DNA of 64,000 nucleotides from Eledone cirrhosa (taxonomy: Eukaryota): assembly GCA_964016885.1 (NCBI GenBank), contig OZ024742.1:189100001-189164000 (forward strand). Reading direction: 5' to 3'. The stretch's first letter is position 1. Each line of letters opens with the position of its first letter. This document shows positions 26,620 to 41,282 of this stretch, in pieces. The position numbers and the translations under genes were made by a program. Below the pieces are notes generated by a model that saw only the letters and a program-made list of their open reading frames with translations, searched no databases and was not told where the DNA came from.

Positions 26620-26668
26620 TTGCTCCGAAGAATCCAAACCTCGGTTTGGAGGAAACAATTGTAAGCAA
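26620..26668 (+). ncRNA. Type I hammerhead ribozyme, CCGAAGA variant
   Basis: ttgct-CCGAAGA-atccaaacc tc ggtttggag-GAAA-caattg-TA-agcaa; all three helices pair. Confidence 0.8.
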
Positions 26669-26702
26669 ATAAATGATTTAAACTGAACTTTGACTCATGT
26701 AA

Positions 26703-26759
<57 letters not shown>

Positions 26760-26766
<7 letters not shown>

Positions 26767-27370
26767 TAACAGATTAAAGTTTAAGCAAAGAATCGCTGAT
26801 TTCACCCTTAACGGGATTTTCTGAAAGTAAAATTATCAATCTGTGTGAATGCAGAAGTAAATGTTTCGAAAAACGTTACACATTTAATATATATACACAG
26901 TAATCGTTGCCCTTGTTTGTTTATATTTTGTTTTTGTGCATGCAAAAATATCTGTACACAAATATCTATATTAAAATAACATATTAAAGTTTAAGCAAAG
27001 AATCGCTGCTTTCACCCTTAACGGGATACTCTACTTAAAAGCAGTATGAAGTACACTAAGACTAATTGATGTAATCGTTGGCCTTTGTTTATATTTTGTT
27101 TTCGTGTATGCAAAAATATCTTTCAGTGATACATGTGATTATGTAATCGCCAGCCTTGTTTGTTTATATTTTGTTTTTGTGTATGCAAAAATATATGTAC
27201 ACGAATATCTATATTAAAATCACATATTAAAGTTTGAGCAAAGAATCGCTGCTTTCACCCTTAACGGGATCTTCTGTGAACGCAGAAGTAAATATTTCGA
27301 AAAACCTTGGAACCGAAGGAAAACAGGAAGACGATACTTTGGTTCGTGAAGACGTTCCCTGGCATAAGAA
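26760..27370. repeat. Partial tandem copies of the TA-associated dispersed repeat
   Basis: attaaagtttaagcaaagaatcgctg.tttcacccttaacgggat occurs three times (near 26773, 26983 and 27225). Confidence 0.8.
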
Positions 27371-27559
27371 TATATATATACACACTATATATATACATAT
27401 ATACACACACACACTGATCGCGTCGTAATGACGTAATGCAGACAGCCAGACATACAGACAGATATTATAAAGGCGCGACGTTATATCTATGTATCTATCT
27501 AAAAAGAAAGACTAAGAGAGAGAGATAGAGAGAGATCGCTAAATCGCCTAATGCGGTCT

Positions 27560-27712
27560 CTAGCGCATTGAAAATTTGAAATTCTTTTTTCTCAAAATAC
27601 TCACAGGACCATAAGTATTACATGTGTAAAGTTTGAAAAAAAAATCGGTTGGGTGGTTCTCGAGTTTTTGTGAGCTGACAGACAGACAGACATTCTGTGT
27701 TTTAGATATATA
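27560..27712 (-). mobile_element. Helitron-like non-autonomous element, 5' part
   Basis: Minus strand TCtatatatctaaaa..(gtct)n..caaccgatttttttcaaactttacacatgtaatactt; resembles 42990..43040 and 47891..47980. Confidence 0.5.
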
Positions 27713-27834
27713 GATATACATATATATATATGTGTGTGTGTATGTGTGTGTGTGTGTGTGTGTGTATAGATATACATATATGTACACACTTTTGTTTATT
27801 CCAGCCGAATATATGTATATATATATATATATAT

Positions 27835-27922
27835 ATGAACGAGTAGGACCCCGACAGCTGAAGCTGAGCTCAAGCCGTTTCGACGGCTAGTTCTCAGCCG
27901 TCGGGGTCCTACTCGTTCATAT
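27835..27922. repeat. Small fold-back (about 27 bp arms) of a PLE-terminus-like sequence
   Basis: atgaacgagtaggaccccgacagctga..tcagccgtcggggtcctactcgttcat, next to (TA)n. Confidence 0.7.
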
Positions 27923-27998
27923 TACCCACTCTACTACCCTAAGTATTGAGTACTTTGGTGCGTTTCGGTCCATCTGGTTCCTTACCACATTTCCTTCG

Positions 27999-28096
<98 letters not shown>

Positions 28097-28254
28097 AATG
28101 ATGGTGCCGACACATAGCCTCAGTCCGTCGGCTGGAATAAATAAAAGTGTATATATGTATATATATATATATATAGTGGAAATCAATTGACAATATCTTC
28201 CATTGAGGTTAGGAGTTATATGCACCTACTATCGAATGAGTGTTTTCTTTTTCA

Positions 28255-28545
28255 ATGGCACTCCGTTGGTTAAGACGACGAGTGTTCCAGTTGATACAGC
28301 CTGCCCGTGAAATTAACGTACAAGTGACTGAGCATTCCACAAACACGCATACCCTTAATGTAGTTCTCTGGGAGATTCAGCATGACACAGAATGTGATAA
28401 GGCTGCTCCTTCGAATTACAGGTACACTCATTTTTCCCAGCAACATGAAGTAAAGTGTCTTGCTCAAGAACACAGCGCATTGCCTGGAATCGAACTCAGG
28501 ACCTTATGATCGTGAGCCCAATACCCTATCCACAAACCCATATGA
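28255..28545 (-). mobile_element. Second tRNA-derived SINE family
   Basis: Minus strand B box gagttcgattcc followed by tgtgttcttgagcaagacactt core; diverged relatives at about 59100..59215 and 59440..59770. Confidence 0.7.
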
Positions 28546-28737
28546 GTGTAACGATGTTTGAAACGCACTACCCTAGCTGATTTTCATTGATCAGGGCTCT
28601 CACGTGATCGAATGTGTCACACATTGGTAACTTACATTGAGAAAGCCCTTCCTAATTATTCCTAATGCAGGGATGTCGTTAATAACTTACGTTTGATGTT
28701 AGACAGAAAATAGCAATTGTGATCTCGTGATGAATCT

Positions 28738-29097
28738 TTACTATGTCGAGAAGTTCTAGTTGATATATTAGAACCTGGGTTTCTGTGTTTATGGTAGTGT
28801 GTGCAACAGGGCTGTATTTTTAACAGCAATGATGTCTTTCGTCAGTTCTTAAAGATACCTGATTAAAGTACTGCTTATCCAAAAATGGTTATTACTCCCG
28901 CACGGAAAAGAGCGCTTGTGATCTTTTGATAAGCCATTACCATGTTGAGAAGGTCTAGTTAATATGTTAGCATCTGGGTTTCTATGTTTTTAGTAGTGTG
29001 CGCAACAGGGCGGTATTTTTTACAACAAATTTGTCTTTTGTCAGACTTTAAATAAAGCTGATTAATACATTGCTCATCCTAAAATGGTTATTGCTCT
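28738..29097. repeat. Diverged direct duplication, period about 199 bp
   Basis: ttac.atgt.gagaag.tctagtt.atat.ttag.a.ctgggtttct..aaaatggttatt.ctc at 28738 and 28937. Confidence 0.8.
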
Positions 29098-29324
29098 TTC
29101 AAAAATGAAAACAGTATATAATCATAGAGATTTGTTAAACAGGACACAGCCTAGTCGTAATTTGAATGAGAATAGATACAATTGAATAAATTGACACAAA
29201 CTCTGTGCAAAGCCGATAAAATTCCCAGATCAGATGTTAAATGTACATCTCCGCATTCACATTTGGATGGAGGTGGATTCTAATTACGATATAGGTTTTT
29301 ACTTGTGATCTTTACATTCTGATT

Positions 29325-29440
29325 TTAAATTCGGCCGTGGTCAACTTTACCTTTCATTCTTTCGGAATCTATAATATTAGATATCAGGCAATTATTGGCT
29401 CGATCCAACTGGCCTACCACTTCTACCATAGTTGCTGGTT
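29325..29440 (+). mobile_element. Diverged SINE fragment
   Basis: ggtcaactttacctttcattctttcgg resembles the core of the 36915 SINE. Confidence 0.5.
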
Positions 29441-29687
29441 TTGTATCGAAATTATCCTTAATATAAGAAGAAGAGTATACAGCGAAATACTGAAGAAAAT
29501 TACTGGTGATTATATAAAATGACGGTGTTTGGAATGAGTACAAATTTATAAAAAATCTTCAAAACAATTTTAAGTTCTATTTGTGTATCGTCTACATCAC
29601 TTGCTCCAGGATAGTTATGCAAAACAAACGAGGCAAATCTACCTGTAGAATATTATTGAAACGGCGTTGTGGGGGGATTAGCAGGGG

Positions 29688-32600
29688 ATGGGGGAACGAC
29701 GGCCACGACCGCCACTACCACAACTACAAAAGACCTCAACCATCATGACTACCCCCACCCCACCAGCACAAATACAACCACAACAACATATAACCAGCAT
29801 TAGCACAACCAATACAACTACCACAACCACCACAACCACAACCAGCACAACCACAACCAATACAACCACAGCCAACACTACGACAAACACCACAACCACA
29901 ACCAGCATTACCACAATCAATACAACCACAACCAGCACAACCACCACGACCACAACCAGCACAACCAGCACAACCACAACCAGCACAACCACCACAACCA
30001 CCACAACCACCACAACCACAACCAGCACAACCACAACCAGCACAACCACCACAACCACAACCAGTATTACCACAACCAATACAACCACAACCAGCACAAC
30101 CACCACAACCACAACCAGCACAACCACCACAACCACAACCCGTACAACCACCACAACCACAACCAGCACAACCACCACAACCACAACCAGCATTACCACA
30201 ACCAATACAACCACAGCCAGCACTACGACAAACACCACAACCACAACCAGCATTACCACAACCAATACAACCACAACCAGCACCACCACAGCCAGAACCA
30301 GCATTACCACAACCAATACAACCACAACCAGCACAACCACCACAACCACAACCAGCACAACCACCACAACCACAACCAGCACAACCACCATAACCACAGC
30401 CAGCACAACCACCACAACTAAAACCAAGACCACCACAACCACAACCACCACAACCACCACAACCACAACCAGCACCACCACAACCACAACCAGCATTACC
30501 ACAACCAATACAACCACAACCAGCACAACCACCACAACGACGACCACCACCACCACCACCACAACTACAACCAACACCACCACCACCACCACCACAACTA
30601 CAACCATCACGACCACAACGACGACGACCAGCACCACCACCACAACTACAACCAACACGACCACAACGACGACGACGACCACCACCACCACAACTACAAC
30701 CTACACTACCACCACCACCACAACAACTACAATCACCACAACCACAACCAGCACAACCATAACCATCACAACCACAACGACGACGACCACCACCACCACC
30801 ACAACTACAACCAACACTACCACCACCACCACCACCACCACAACTACAACAATCACGACCACAACGACGACGACCATCACCACCACCACAACTACAACCA
30901 ACACGACCACAACGACGACGACCACCACCACCACCACAACTACAACCAACACTACCACCACCACAACAACAATCACCAGAACCACAACCAGCACAACCAT
31001 AGCCATCACAACCACCACCACAACTACAACCAACACTACCACCACCACCACCACAACAACAATCACCACAACCACAACCAGCACAACCATAACCATCACA
31101 ACCACCACCACCACCACAACTACAACCAACACTACCACCACCACCACCACAACAACAATCACCAGAACCACAACCAGCACAACCATAACCATCACAACCA
31201 CCACCACCACCACCACCACCACCACAACTACAACCAACACTACCACCACCACCACCACAACAACAATCACCACAACCACAACCAGCACAACCATAACCAT
31301 CACAACCACCACCACCACCACAACTACAACCAACACTACCACCACCACCACCACAACAACAATCACCAGAACCACAACCAGCACAACCATAACCATCACA
31401 ACCACCACCACCACCACCACCACCACCACAACTACAACCAACACTACCACCACCACCACCACAACAACAATCACCACAACCACAACCAGCACAACCATAA
31501 CCATCACAACCACCACCACCACCACAACTACAACCAACACTACCACCACCACCACCACAACAACAATCACCACAACCACAAACAGCACAACCATAACCAT
31601 CACAACCACCACCACCACCACCACCACAGCTACAACCAACACTACCACCACCACCACAACAACAATCACCACAACCACAAACAACACAACCATAACCATC
31701 ACAACCACCACCACCACCACAGCTACAACCAACACTACCACCACCACCACCACAACAACAATCACCACAACCACAAACAGCACAACCATAACCATCACAA
31801 CCACCACCACCACCACCACCACAGCTACAACCAACACTACCACCACCACCACCACAACAACAACAATCACCACAACCACAAACAGCACAACCATAACCAT
31901 CACAACCACCACCACCACCACAACTACAACCAATACTACCACCACCACCACCACCACAACAACAATCACCACAACCACAAACAGCACAACCATAACCATC
32001 ACAACCACCACCACCACCACCACCACAGCTACAACCAACACTACCACCACCACCACCACAACAACAATCACCACAACCACAACCAGCACAACCATAACCA
32101 TCACAACCACCACCACCACCACCACCACAGCTACAACCAACACTACCACCACCACCACAACAACAATCACCACAACCACAAACAACACAACCATAACCAT
32201 CACAACCACCACCACCACCACCACCACAGCTACAACCAACACTACCACCACCACCACAACAACAATCACCACAACCACAAACAACACAACCATAACCATC
32301 ACAACCACCACCACCACCACAGCTACAACCAACACTACCACCACCACCACCACAACAACAACAATCACCACAACCACAAACAGCACAACCATAACCATCA
32401 CAACCACCACCACCACCACCACCACCACAACTACAACCAACACTACCACCACCACCACCACAACAACAATCACCACAACCACAACCAGCACAACCATAAC
32501 CATCACAACCACCACCACCACCACAACTACAACCAACACTACCACCACCACCACCACAACAACAATCACCAGAACCACAACCAGCACAACCATAACCATC

Positions 32601-34031
32601 ACAACCACCACCACCACCACCACCACCACCACAACTACAACCAACACTACCACCACCACCACCACAACAACAATCACCACAACCACAACCAGCACAACCA
32701 TAACCATCACAACCACCACCACCACCACAACTACAACCAACACTACCACCACCACCACCACAACAACAATCACCACAACCACAAACAACACAACCATAAC
32801 CATCACAACCACCACCACCACCACCACCACAGCTACAACCAACACTACCACCACCACCACAACAACAATCACCACAACCACAAACAACACAACCATAACC
32901 ATCACAACCACCACCACCACCACCACCACAGCTACAACCAACACTACCACCACCACCACAACAACAATCACCACAACCACAAACAACACAACCATAACCA
33001 TCACAACCACCACCACCACCACAGCTACAACCAACACTACCACCACCACCACCACAACAACAACAATCACCACAACCACAAACAGCACAACCATAACCAT
33101 CACAACCACCACCACCACCACCACCACAACTACAACCAACACTACTACCACCATCACCACAACAACAATCACCACAACCACAAACAGCACAACCATAACC
33201 ATCACAACCACCACCACCACCACCACCACAGCTACAACCAACACTACCACCACCACCACCACAACAACAATCACCACAACCACAAACAGCACAACCATAA
33301 CCATCACAACCACCACCACCACCACCACAGCTACAACCAACACTACCACCACCACCACCACAACAACAACAATCACCACAACCACAAACAGCACAACCAT
33401 AACCATCACAACCACCACCACCACCACAGCTACAACCAACACTACCACCACCACCACCACCACAACAACAATCACCACAACCACAAACAACACAACCATA
33501 ACCATCACAACCACCACCACCACCACAGCTACAACCAACACTACCACCACCACCACCACAACAACAACAATCACCACAACCACAAACAGCACAACCATAA
33601 CCATCACAACCACCACCACCACCACCACCACAGCTACAACCAACACTACCACCACCACCACAACAACAACAATCACCACAACCACAAACAGCACAACCAT
33701 AACCATCACAACCACCACCACCACCACCACCACAGCTACAACCAACACTACCACCACCACCACCACAACAACAACAATCACCACAACCACAAACAGCACA
33801 ACCATAACCATCACAACCACCACCACCACCACCACCACAGCTACAACCAACACTACCACCACCACCACCACAACAACAACAATCACCACAACCACAAACA
33901 GCACAACCATAACCATCACAACCACCACCACCACCACCACCACAACAACTACAACCAACACTACTACCACCATCACCAGTAGGATGATGACTGCAACAAA
34001 AGGATTTTACATTAACAAATACTTTGAATGA
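29688..34031 (+). repeat. 4.3 kb ACC/ACA trinucleotide-based minisatellite forming an uninterrupted poly-Thr ORF (mucin-like if expressed)
   Basis: Higher-order unit of about 90-105 bp from about 30950 onward; 1447 aa ORF; no signal peptide or globular domain. Confidence 0.85.
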
Positions 34032-34250
34032 ACCAACTCCAAGGTATTAAATACAATTGAATGTTTCAGATTATGATGAAAAATGACTAAAAACAAAATT
34101 GTCAGATTAAGTTTGTGCTGGTAGAATAATCTGCTTATTGTCTGTTAGGAGGTAGTATCGTTGGGGGAGAGTAAGTAGTTTTGGTGTTTGTTTGTTTTTT
34201 CTAAGTGGTAGGGCTGAAATTGAAGACGGGCTTATTTTTATGTATGTGTG

Positions 34251-34352
<102 letters not shown>

Positions 34353-34393
34353 AATATGAGAACAAACGTGCTGCGTGATTGCAAATGGGTTAC

Positions 34394-34506
<113 letters not shown>

Positions 34507-34671
34507 CGTGTGTGTGTATGTGTGTGTGTACATTTATGTGTATGTATATGCACGTATATATTTACATAATATAGTTATACGTGTATGAATACATATTTGT
34601 ATTTTTATACGTATATTTATATCTATATATATATGTGCGTGTGTGTGTAAATATATATATATATAAATGTG

Positions 34672-34751
<80 letters not shown>

Positions 34752-34849
34752 AGAAGGTAGTACAGCATAATCGAAGCTCTGGTTGCGGGCAAGCTAACGA
34801 ATGGTGTTGGGAAGTGCAGCCAAAAGCACTCAATAAGGAATTTTACCTT

Positions 34850-34887
<38 letters not shown>

Positions 34888-35375
34888 TAGAAAGTGAGGT
34901 TTTTTTTACAAAATGAAAAGAAAACGGGGGGGGGGGGATTAGTTTTCACAACTTCGATGACAGATAGTGTATAATTAAGACAATAAATCAACAATAAAAT
35001 ACGCATGATAAATAGATAGAGAACATGATGAATAAAATTAGGGATAGGGTACATTGAGATGATCATAATAGTAATAACAAGAAAATAAGAAAATAAGAGT
35101 TTCAAGGAGTGTAAGGGTAATAAGATAATGTACTTAGAATTAAGTTCATCTGTTAGAGATCATGGGTGTTAATGTGAGATATGTAGATATAATTGTTTGG
35201 TCCGAAAGAATAAACAACAGCAAATGCTAGATTGATTTATGGGCTGACATGATAATTGGTAGATGTTTGTAGATATTACTGCCCCATCTTGGTGATATAG
35301 ATGTATGGAGGCTGGAAGATGTTTATAAAGATCTTCCATATATATATAAGATGCGTGTGTGGGAGCATTATTTTA

Positions 35376-35472
35376 GTTGACTTTGCCTTTCATCCTTACG
35401 GGTCGATAAAATAAAGTACCAGTAATGCACTGGGTAAATGCTGGCCTTGTGCCAAAAGTAGAAACAATTATT
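35376..35472 (+). mobile_element. 5'-truncated tRNA-derived SINE
   Basis: gttgactttgcctttcatccttacggg..ccttgtgccaaaagtagaaacaattatt. Confidence 0.85.
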
Positions 35473-35629
35473 TTATTATGTTACTGGTTTCAGTTATTTC
35501 AGACTAGCCATGCTGGGACATCAGTTGATTCAGTCGAACATATCAACTCTGGAACTTTATTGATCTCTGTCGAGCGCCTAAATTACGGAACACAATCACT
35601 GTGAAAATCTTGCACACATACTTACACAC

Positions 35630-35714
<85 letters not shown>

Positions 35715-36171
35715 GATATATACACATATCTGTATATATAACATACCTGGGCCGTCACTTAGAAATTATTGAATACCTAAGTGAGGTTTCTGTAAATCCG
35801 AAATCAACAAAATCCGCTTGTGGTGTATACAAGTTAGGTTTCTGGAAGATCGAACGGAGGACTTACTTTCTCAACAGGCTTTCGTTCTAACACAAATTCC
35901 GGTGTGATAGCATATGTTACTCCCAAGGGAGGTAATCCCAGTTTATGGCGGTCAAATTCAAATTATGAGCAATGGAAAAAATTCCATACACAAACTGAAT
36001 TAAGCACTCAACCAGACCGCTATTAAACAAACTTAAATAATTAACCAATCAATGGAATTGTCAAATTAAATTAATCAATTAATCATTAGGTCTAGGAGAT
36101 AGTAATACAAATGAAAATACAGCATATTGGAAGTTCGATCAGCAGCCAAGGCAACGAATGCCATCAGCAGT

Positions 36172-36236
<65 letters not shown>

Positions 36237-36914
36237 AACGAGTAGGAACCCGACGGCAGAGTTCAAGCCGTTTCGACGGCTAATTCTGTTTTTTTTTTAG
36301 ACCATATGAGTTCTGAGAGTGCTGTGTTGGTTCTTTTAAGTTGGTATTTAAAAGAAGAATGGTGATTATAAAGACGGGCTTTAAAGGAGGTGGAAGTGGA
36401 GCCAAAATAGGTAAAGGAATTGGTGTCAGTTATAACTTTACATTCATAGATTAAGTTTTTTTCAAGACAATGGTTGTTGAGAGGACATTTATTTTTAACA
36501 GGGCAATTACAATTGCGATTATAGAAATTAACAGAGTTATTAACAAGTGACCTAGTGTTATCTATAGGAGGAATTGGATTGGAGAAGTTATTTACGATAG
36601 GAATAATAGTTTCCTGATTTAGATTGGTATTAAGAACATTTGACGAAGTTACGTTTGACGTCGTATTTGGGTTTGCAGAAACTAGCCCAGAGTTAACAAT
36701 GACGTCGAGAGTACTACTGCTTTTATTATGACATTCAGTGTTGGAAGGAAGTGATTTAGTATTTAATATTTTATTGTTGTGTTTAGAGATAATGTTGGAG
36801 ATGTTGGAGGAGGTCGAATAGGAAAATGTTATAGTATGTTTGTTAAAAATGTTACTATAGATATGTGAGGGAGGGAAGCATTTATTTAGGGCACTAAAGA
36901 ATAATTTAGGAATA

Positions 36915-37100
36915 TGGATTGGCAGTATCGGTAGAGGGTCGGGCGCCATGCTTTCCAGCATAGTTACGTCCCTTTACGATCTGAGTTCAAATCCCGCCGA
37001 GGTTGACTTTGCCTTTCATCCTTACGGGGTCGATAAAATAAAAGTACCAGTAATGCACTGGGTAATTGCTAGCCTTGTGCCTAAAGTAGAAACAATTATT
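36915..37100 (+). mobile_element. Full-length tRNA-derived SINE (central domain resembles the Meta-SINE domain)
   Basis: A box tggcagtatcgg, B box gttcaaatcc, central gcctttcatccttacggggtcgataaaataaaagtaccag, AT tail; inserted within PLE coding sequence. Confidence 0.88.
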
Positions 37101-38779
37101 AATAGAGATGGAGAAAGGAGCATTATACCAGATTATATTTTTGTATCTAGGTCTTTTATTAAAGTTATTGGAATGATCATAATTAATTATTTTACTGTAA
37201 GATCTTCTAGGATTGGTTTCACTTCCACTTCCTTTAAAGCCCGTCTTTATAATCTCATTCTTCTTTTAAATACCAACTTAAAAGAACCAACACAGCACTC
37301 TCAGAACTCATATGGTCCTTGAAAGACAAAAATATTAACTATAAAATCTCTTGGAGGAAAGTTTGTTCTGCATCTCCCTACTTGAATGCCTCTCTATCCA
37401 AAACATGTAATCTTTGTTTATGTGAGAAATTTACCATTATATCTAATTTAGATTATATAATAAATAGACGCACTGACTTATTTTCTCTCTGCTTGCATAA
37501 ATTCCACAGAACATTCCATAAAGTATACAGCTAATATCTAATACTTTACCAGTTTAAAATCCTTTTTCTCAAAGGCATATATATATATTTCTTTAAAAAT
37601 ATACCCATCTTTCTACCTTATTTCAATGATATTTATTATACATTATATAACACTATTTACTCATTATATATCATTCCTATTTATCAATTCCCTTTCTTCC
37701 TCTTTTCTTTTAATTTCTAACCTCTAATCTGTACTTTTTCTTCCTAGATACTTCTCAATTCTTATTATTACTCACCACAATATATTCACTCTTCCTTCTT
37801 CCTTCATATCATTGGCCATAAAATTTATTATTACCTTTTAAATACTTTATAGTATTACCTTTAAAAATCCTTCGTAAACCTAAATATTGTTTGACGTTAG
37901 ATTATTCCTCCTCAATTCATTATATTTTTTTCTCCCTTTCATGCTCGTCTAACTTTTACATATTACATATCACAATACACAAAAACAAACTTAAACCCTA
38001 ACTAATCTCCTTTATTACATTATATTATTACCATTAGAAAATACTTCATAAACATATATATTTTGTTGTTAGAGTCTTCTCTTCCTTAAACACTATTTTC
38101 TTCTTTGCGTTCTTCGCTCATTTGTAAACAAACTATTTACATATATTACGCATACATATTACATTACATAAAAACTAACTTAAACACTAACTAATTCCTC
38201 TAATTTCATAATTTATCCACTCTTCTACTTCTTTTCACATTATATCCTTAATAACATTAATATTTTTATTTTAATAATACATATTAACAATATCTTTTCA
38301 TCGCACATATTATTAAATCCTTCAATATACAAACCTTAATTTAATATTATTCTTAATACATATTAACAATTTCTTTTCATCGCACATATTATTAAACCCT
38401 TCAATATACAAACCTTAATTTAACATTATTCTTAATTTTTTTTCTCTTCATTAATTTTTTTTCTCTTCATCAATTTTCAAATTCTTTTAAATTATATATT
38501 ATCTTCCAACGGCTTTTTAACCTCTCTCTGTGAAACAATATATTTTTCTCAGTTATAAAGGCTATCTCTCTCTTTCTGTCGCCCATCTCTCCTCTTATCT
38601 CATCCTTCCTTATTATACTCCTCCCCCACCATTCTTTACTCTCATCTCCTCCTCTTTTTCATCCTTTCCAACACCCCCCCTCATATTTTTTCCCAATATC
38701 AATCTTAAATTACTTTTCATATGTTGATTTAAAACTTCACTATTCAGAAGTGTTTTTTAACCTTCATATCATGTCTCCC

Positions 38780-38850
38780 TATTTTATCTGACGAAAACGC
38801 AAATGTCATCTCATGATGATATTTGTTTTTGAAATGCGCATAATAAAATA
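38780..38850 (+). ncRNA. Canonical type I hammerhead ribozyme
   Basis: tattttat-CTGACGA-aaacgcaaatgtcatc tcat gatgatatttgttttt-GAAA-tgcgca-TA-ataaaata; perfect 8 bp stem I. Confidence 0.9.
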
Positions 38851-38894
38851 CATGGAACTCTTTTAACCATCTTTTTATCTTATATTATATATAT

Positions 38895-38927
<33 letters not shown>

Positions 38928-38928
38928 A

Positions 38929-40926
38929 TATTAAAGATACTATTAATAGTTATGTATATACTATACTATAAACAACTATAAACAGGGAAGAACAGTCATA
39001 TATTATTACCTTATTACCAGTAAGAGAAATAGCTCAATTTAAGAACATCAGTTGTTTTACAGAGCAGTAATATAGATTACACAAGTATCAAAGTTATGTT
39101 TAAAACATTTAATCGCTGACAATTGTTTCTTCCAAACTCACGCTTGAATCCTCGGAGCATTATCAATGTTTGTACATATAATTAACCCCCTATTCAACTG
39201 AAGAATCATATAGATACATATATATTGATGTTGCGGACAACGGTTTCATGTTTACAGGGTGGAATGGATGCGACATATATTATACGAGAATAGTACAATA
39301 ATTCAAATTAAGATTAAAATTTAAATTAAAAATTAAAAATTAAAAATTAAAAATTAAAATTAAAATTAAAAGTACAAAGTGTAATAAGTGCGACAGAATA
39401 TACAAGAGAATAGTCTAATAATTAAAGAGATAGTACATGCGTTAGTCATATATAAAGGAGTGAACAAGCAAATGTATTATGCATATATGAGTACTGTATG
39501 GCAAGGTATTACATAAAATACAGGCACTTTAAGCGAATATGTTAGTGTATTATGGGGGATCCAATGTGATGATATTTTCTGTATAGTTCAAATTTGTATG
39601 TGTGTAGAATATGAAAATTACAGATCCATTACATATGTTATGTTATATTTGTATTGAATGTTTGTTATAGTAATGGATTGTAACTTGGTGTTATTGTATT
39701 CATATGCATGGATTAGACTTGTTCTACTGCGAGAATTTTCAACGGTTTAATACCCGGAAGTGGATATGGAATTAAGGGGAGCTAATGCGTAAGGGGAGGT
39801 AACTAGCTCATTATAATATTTAAATTCCTTGCTCTAATAGACATTAATAGTGCCACAATTGAATCCCTTATATAAAAAGTTATATATTTATATTTAATTT
39901 ATATACAGTCTACTCTCTCCTAATATATTAAAGGTTTCATTAGATTGTTGTCTACCTAATATTATATAGTGCCACAATTGAATCCCTTATACAAAATGTT
40001 ATATATTTACATTTATATTTAATTTTAAATACAGTCTACTCTGTCATAATATATTAAAGGTTTCATTAGATTGTTGTCTACCCAATATTTGGCAAGATAT
40101 GGAATAACGTATAGCTGTTTGCATGATAAATTAGATAAATCCCTCAAGTAAATAAATTAATCCTTTATATACAATGTTATTAATTTATACATTTAATTAT
40201 AAATGTATATATAATTCATTGTTCCATATTACATTTAAGTTAGATGAATCCCTTATGTTAATAAATTAATCCTTTATATACAATGTTATTAATTTATACA
40301 TTTAATTATAAATGTATATATAATTCATTGTTACATTTAAGATTTAAAGTTTATATATATTATATTATATTTCAATCACTATATAATTATAAGTAATCTA
40401 AAGTAATTATATTAAAAGGTGGTGACTATAAGAATATCTCTAGAGTATAATGTTAGAGATAAAAATGATTTGTGTAGAGGAAAGGGTGGATAAAGGAGTG
40501 TGATGCAGCGGTGGTAGGCAAGTCCTAGAAGTGAAGTGCTAATGGTGGTAATGAGTTCAAATCTGACATTGTTATATACTAGGTTTAAAGCTATGGAATG
40601 AGTGTCGGAAGCGGTGCTGGCACGATGCAAACACTTCCGATTTTTTAGTTAGGAGGTTAAGATTCGAAAAGATTATAGTATGGGTTTCTAGGATACAGAG
40701 GTTACAAAATGTATTAGGTGGTTTATACGATGCAACCCTACCTACTACTTCCCATTGAAGTGTATATGTTCTATTCCTAGTTTTCAGATAGTGTATGTGG
40801 CTCGATAGTGAAGTGGAGTTGGCTAGATTGTGTTTTTTGAAAGAGTGGACGTGCGAGTTGTACCTCGTCTTGAAGCAGTTCGAAGTAGAGCCTATATATG
40901 TTTTAAAAGAGTTGTTAGTGTTGACC

Positions 40927-40931
<5 letters not shown>
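38929..40931 (-). mobile_element. 5'-truncated Naiad-type PLE (GIY-YIG 3' part + 1.6 kb tail)
   Basis: 40600..40931 (-) reads [50 protein letters not shown]. Internal 108-120 bp duplications; (TA)n on both sides. Confidence 0.85.
39114..39159 (-). ncRNA. Type I hammerhead ribozyme, CCGAGGA variant
   Basis: tgct-CCGAGGA-ttcaagc gtga gtttggaa-GAAA-caattg-TC-agcg; diverged homolog of the 26620 motif. Confidence 0.75.
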
Positions 40932-40992
<61 letters not shown>

Positions 40993-41074
40993 TATGAACA
41001 TATACACACACACATGTGTACATATATATATATGTATATAGGAGTGTCTGTATGTATATATATATATATATATT

Positions 41075-41262
41075 AATAATTGTTTCTACATTTGGCACAA
41101 GGCCAGCAAATTACCCAGTGCATTACTGGTACTTTATTTTATCGACCCCGTAAGGATGAAAGGCAAAGTCAACCTCGGCGGGATTTGAACTCAGATCGTA
41201 AAGGGACGTAACTCTGCTGGAAAGCATGGCGTCCGACCTTCTACCGATACTGCCAATCCACC
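41075..41262 (-). mobile_element. Full-length tRNA-derived SINE
   Basis: Near-identical reverse complement of 36915..37100. Confidence 0.88.
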
Positions 41263-41282
41263 ATATATATTAATAATAATAA

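Larger units (their letters stand above)
25858..26712. mobile_element. Fold-back of a Naiad-type PLE 3' tail with a nested SINE fragment
   Basis: About 26020..26123 is the reverse complement of about 26596..26710; homologous to 38930..39600; SINE piece at 26205..26323. Confidence 0.75.
36233..38885. mobile_element. Rearranged Naiad-type PLE: inverted linker/EN fragment (-) + EN 3' end and AT-rich tail (+)
   Basis: 36290..37215 (-) encodes FF.ALNKCFP..FSYST..CNCPVKNKCPLNNHCL..YFGSTSTSFKARLYNH and is interrupted by a SINE. 37218..37534 (+) repeats TSTSFKARLYN and continues to CNLCLCE..CLH. Terminal HHR. Confidence 0.85.

Noticed and set aside
29678-33976. Poly-Val ORFs on the minus strand
   Set aside because: Antisense shadow of the ACC/ACA repeat.
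36915-37000. tRNA gene
   Set aside because: A and B boxes are present but there is no cloverleaf; it is the head of a multicopy SINE.
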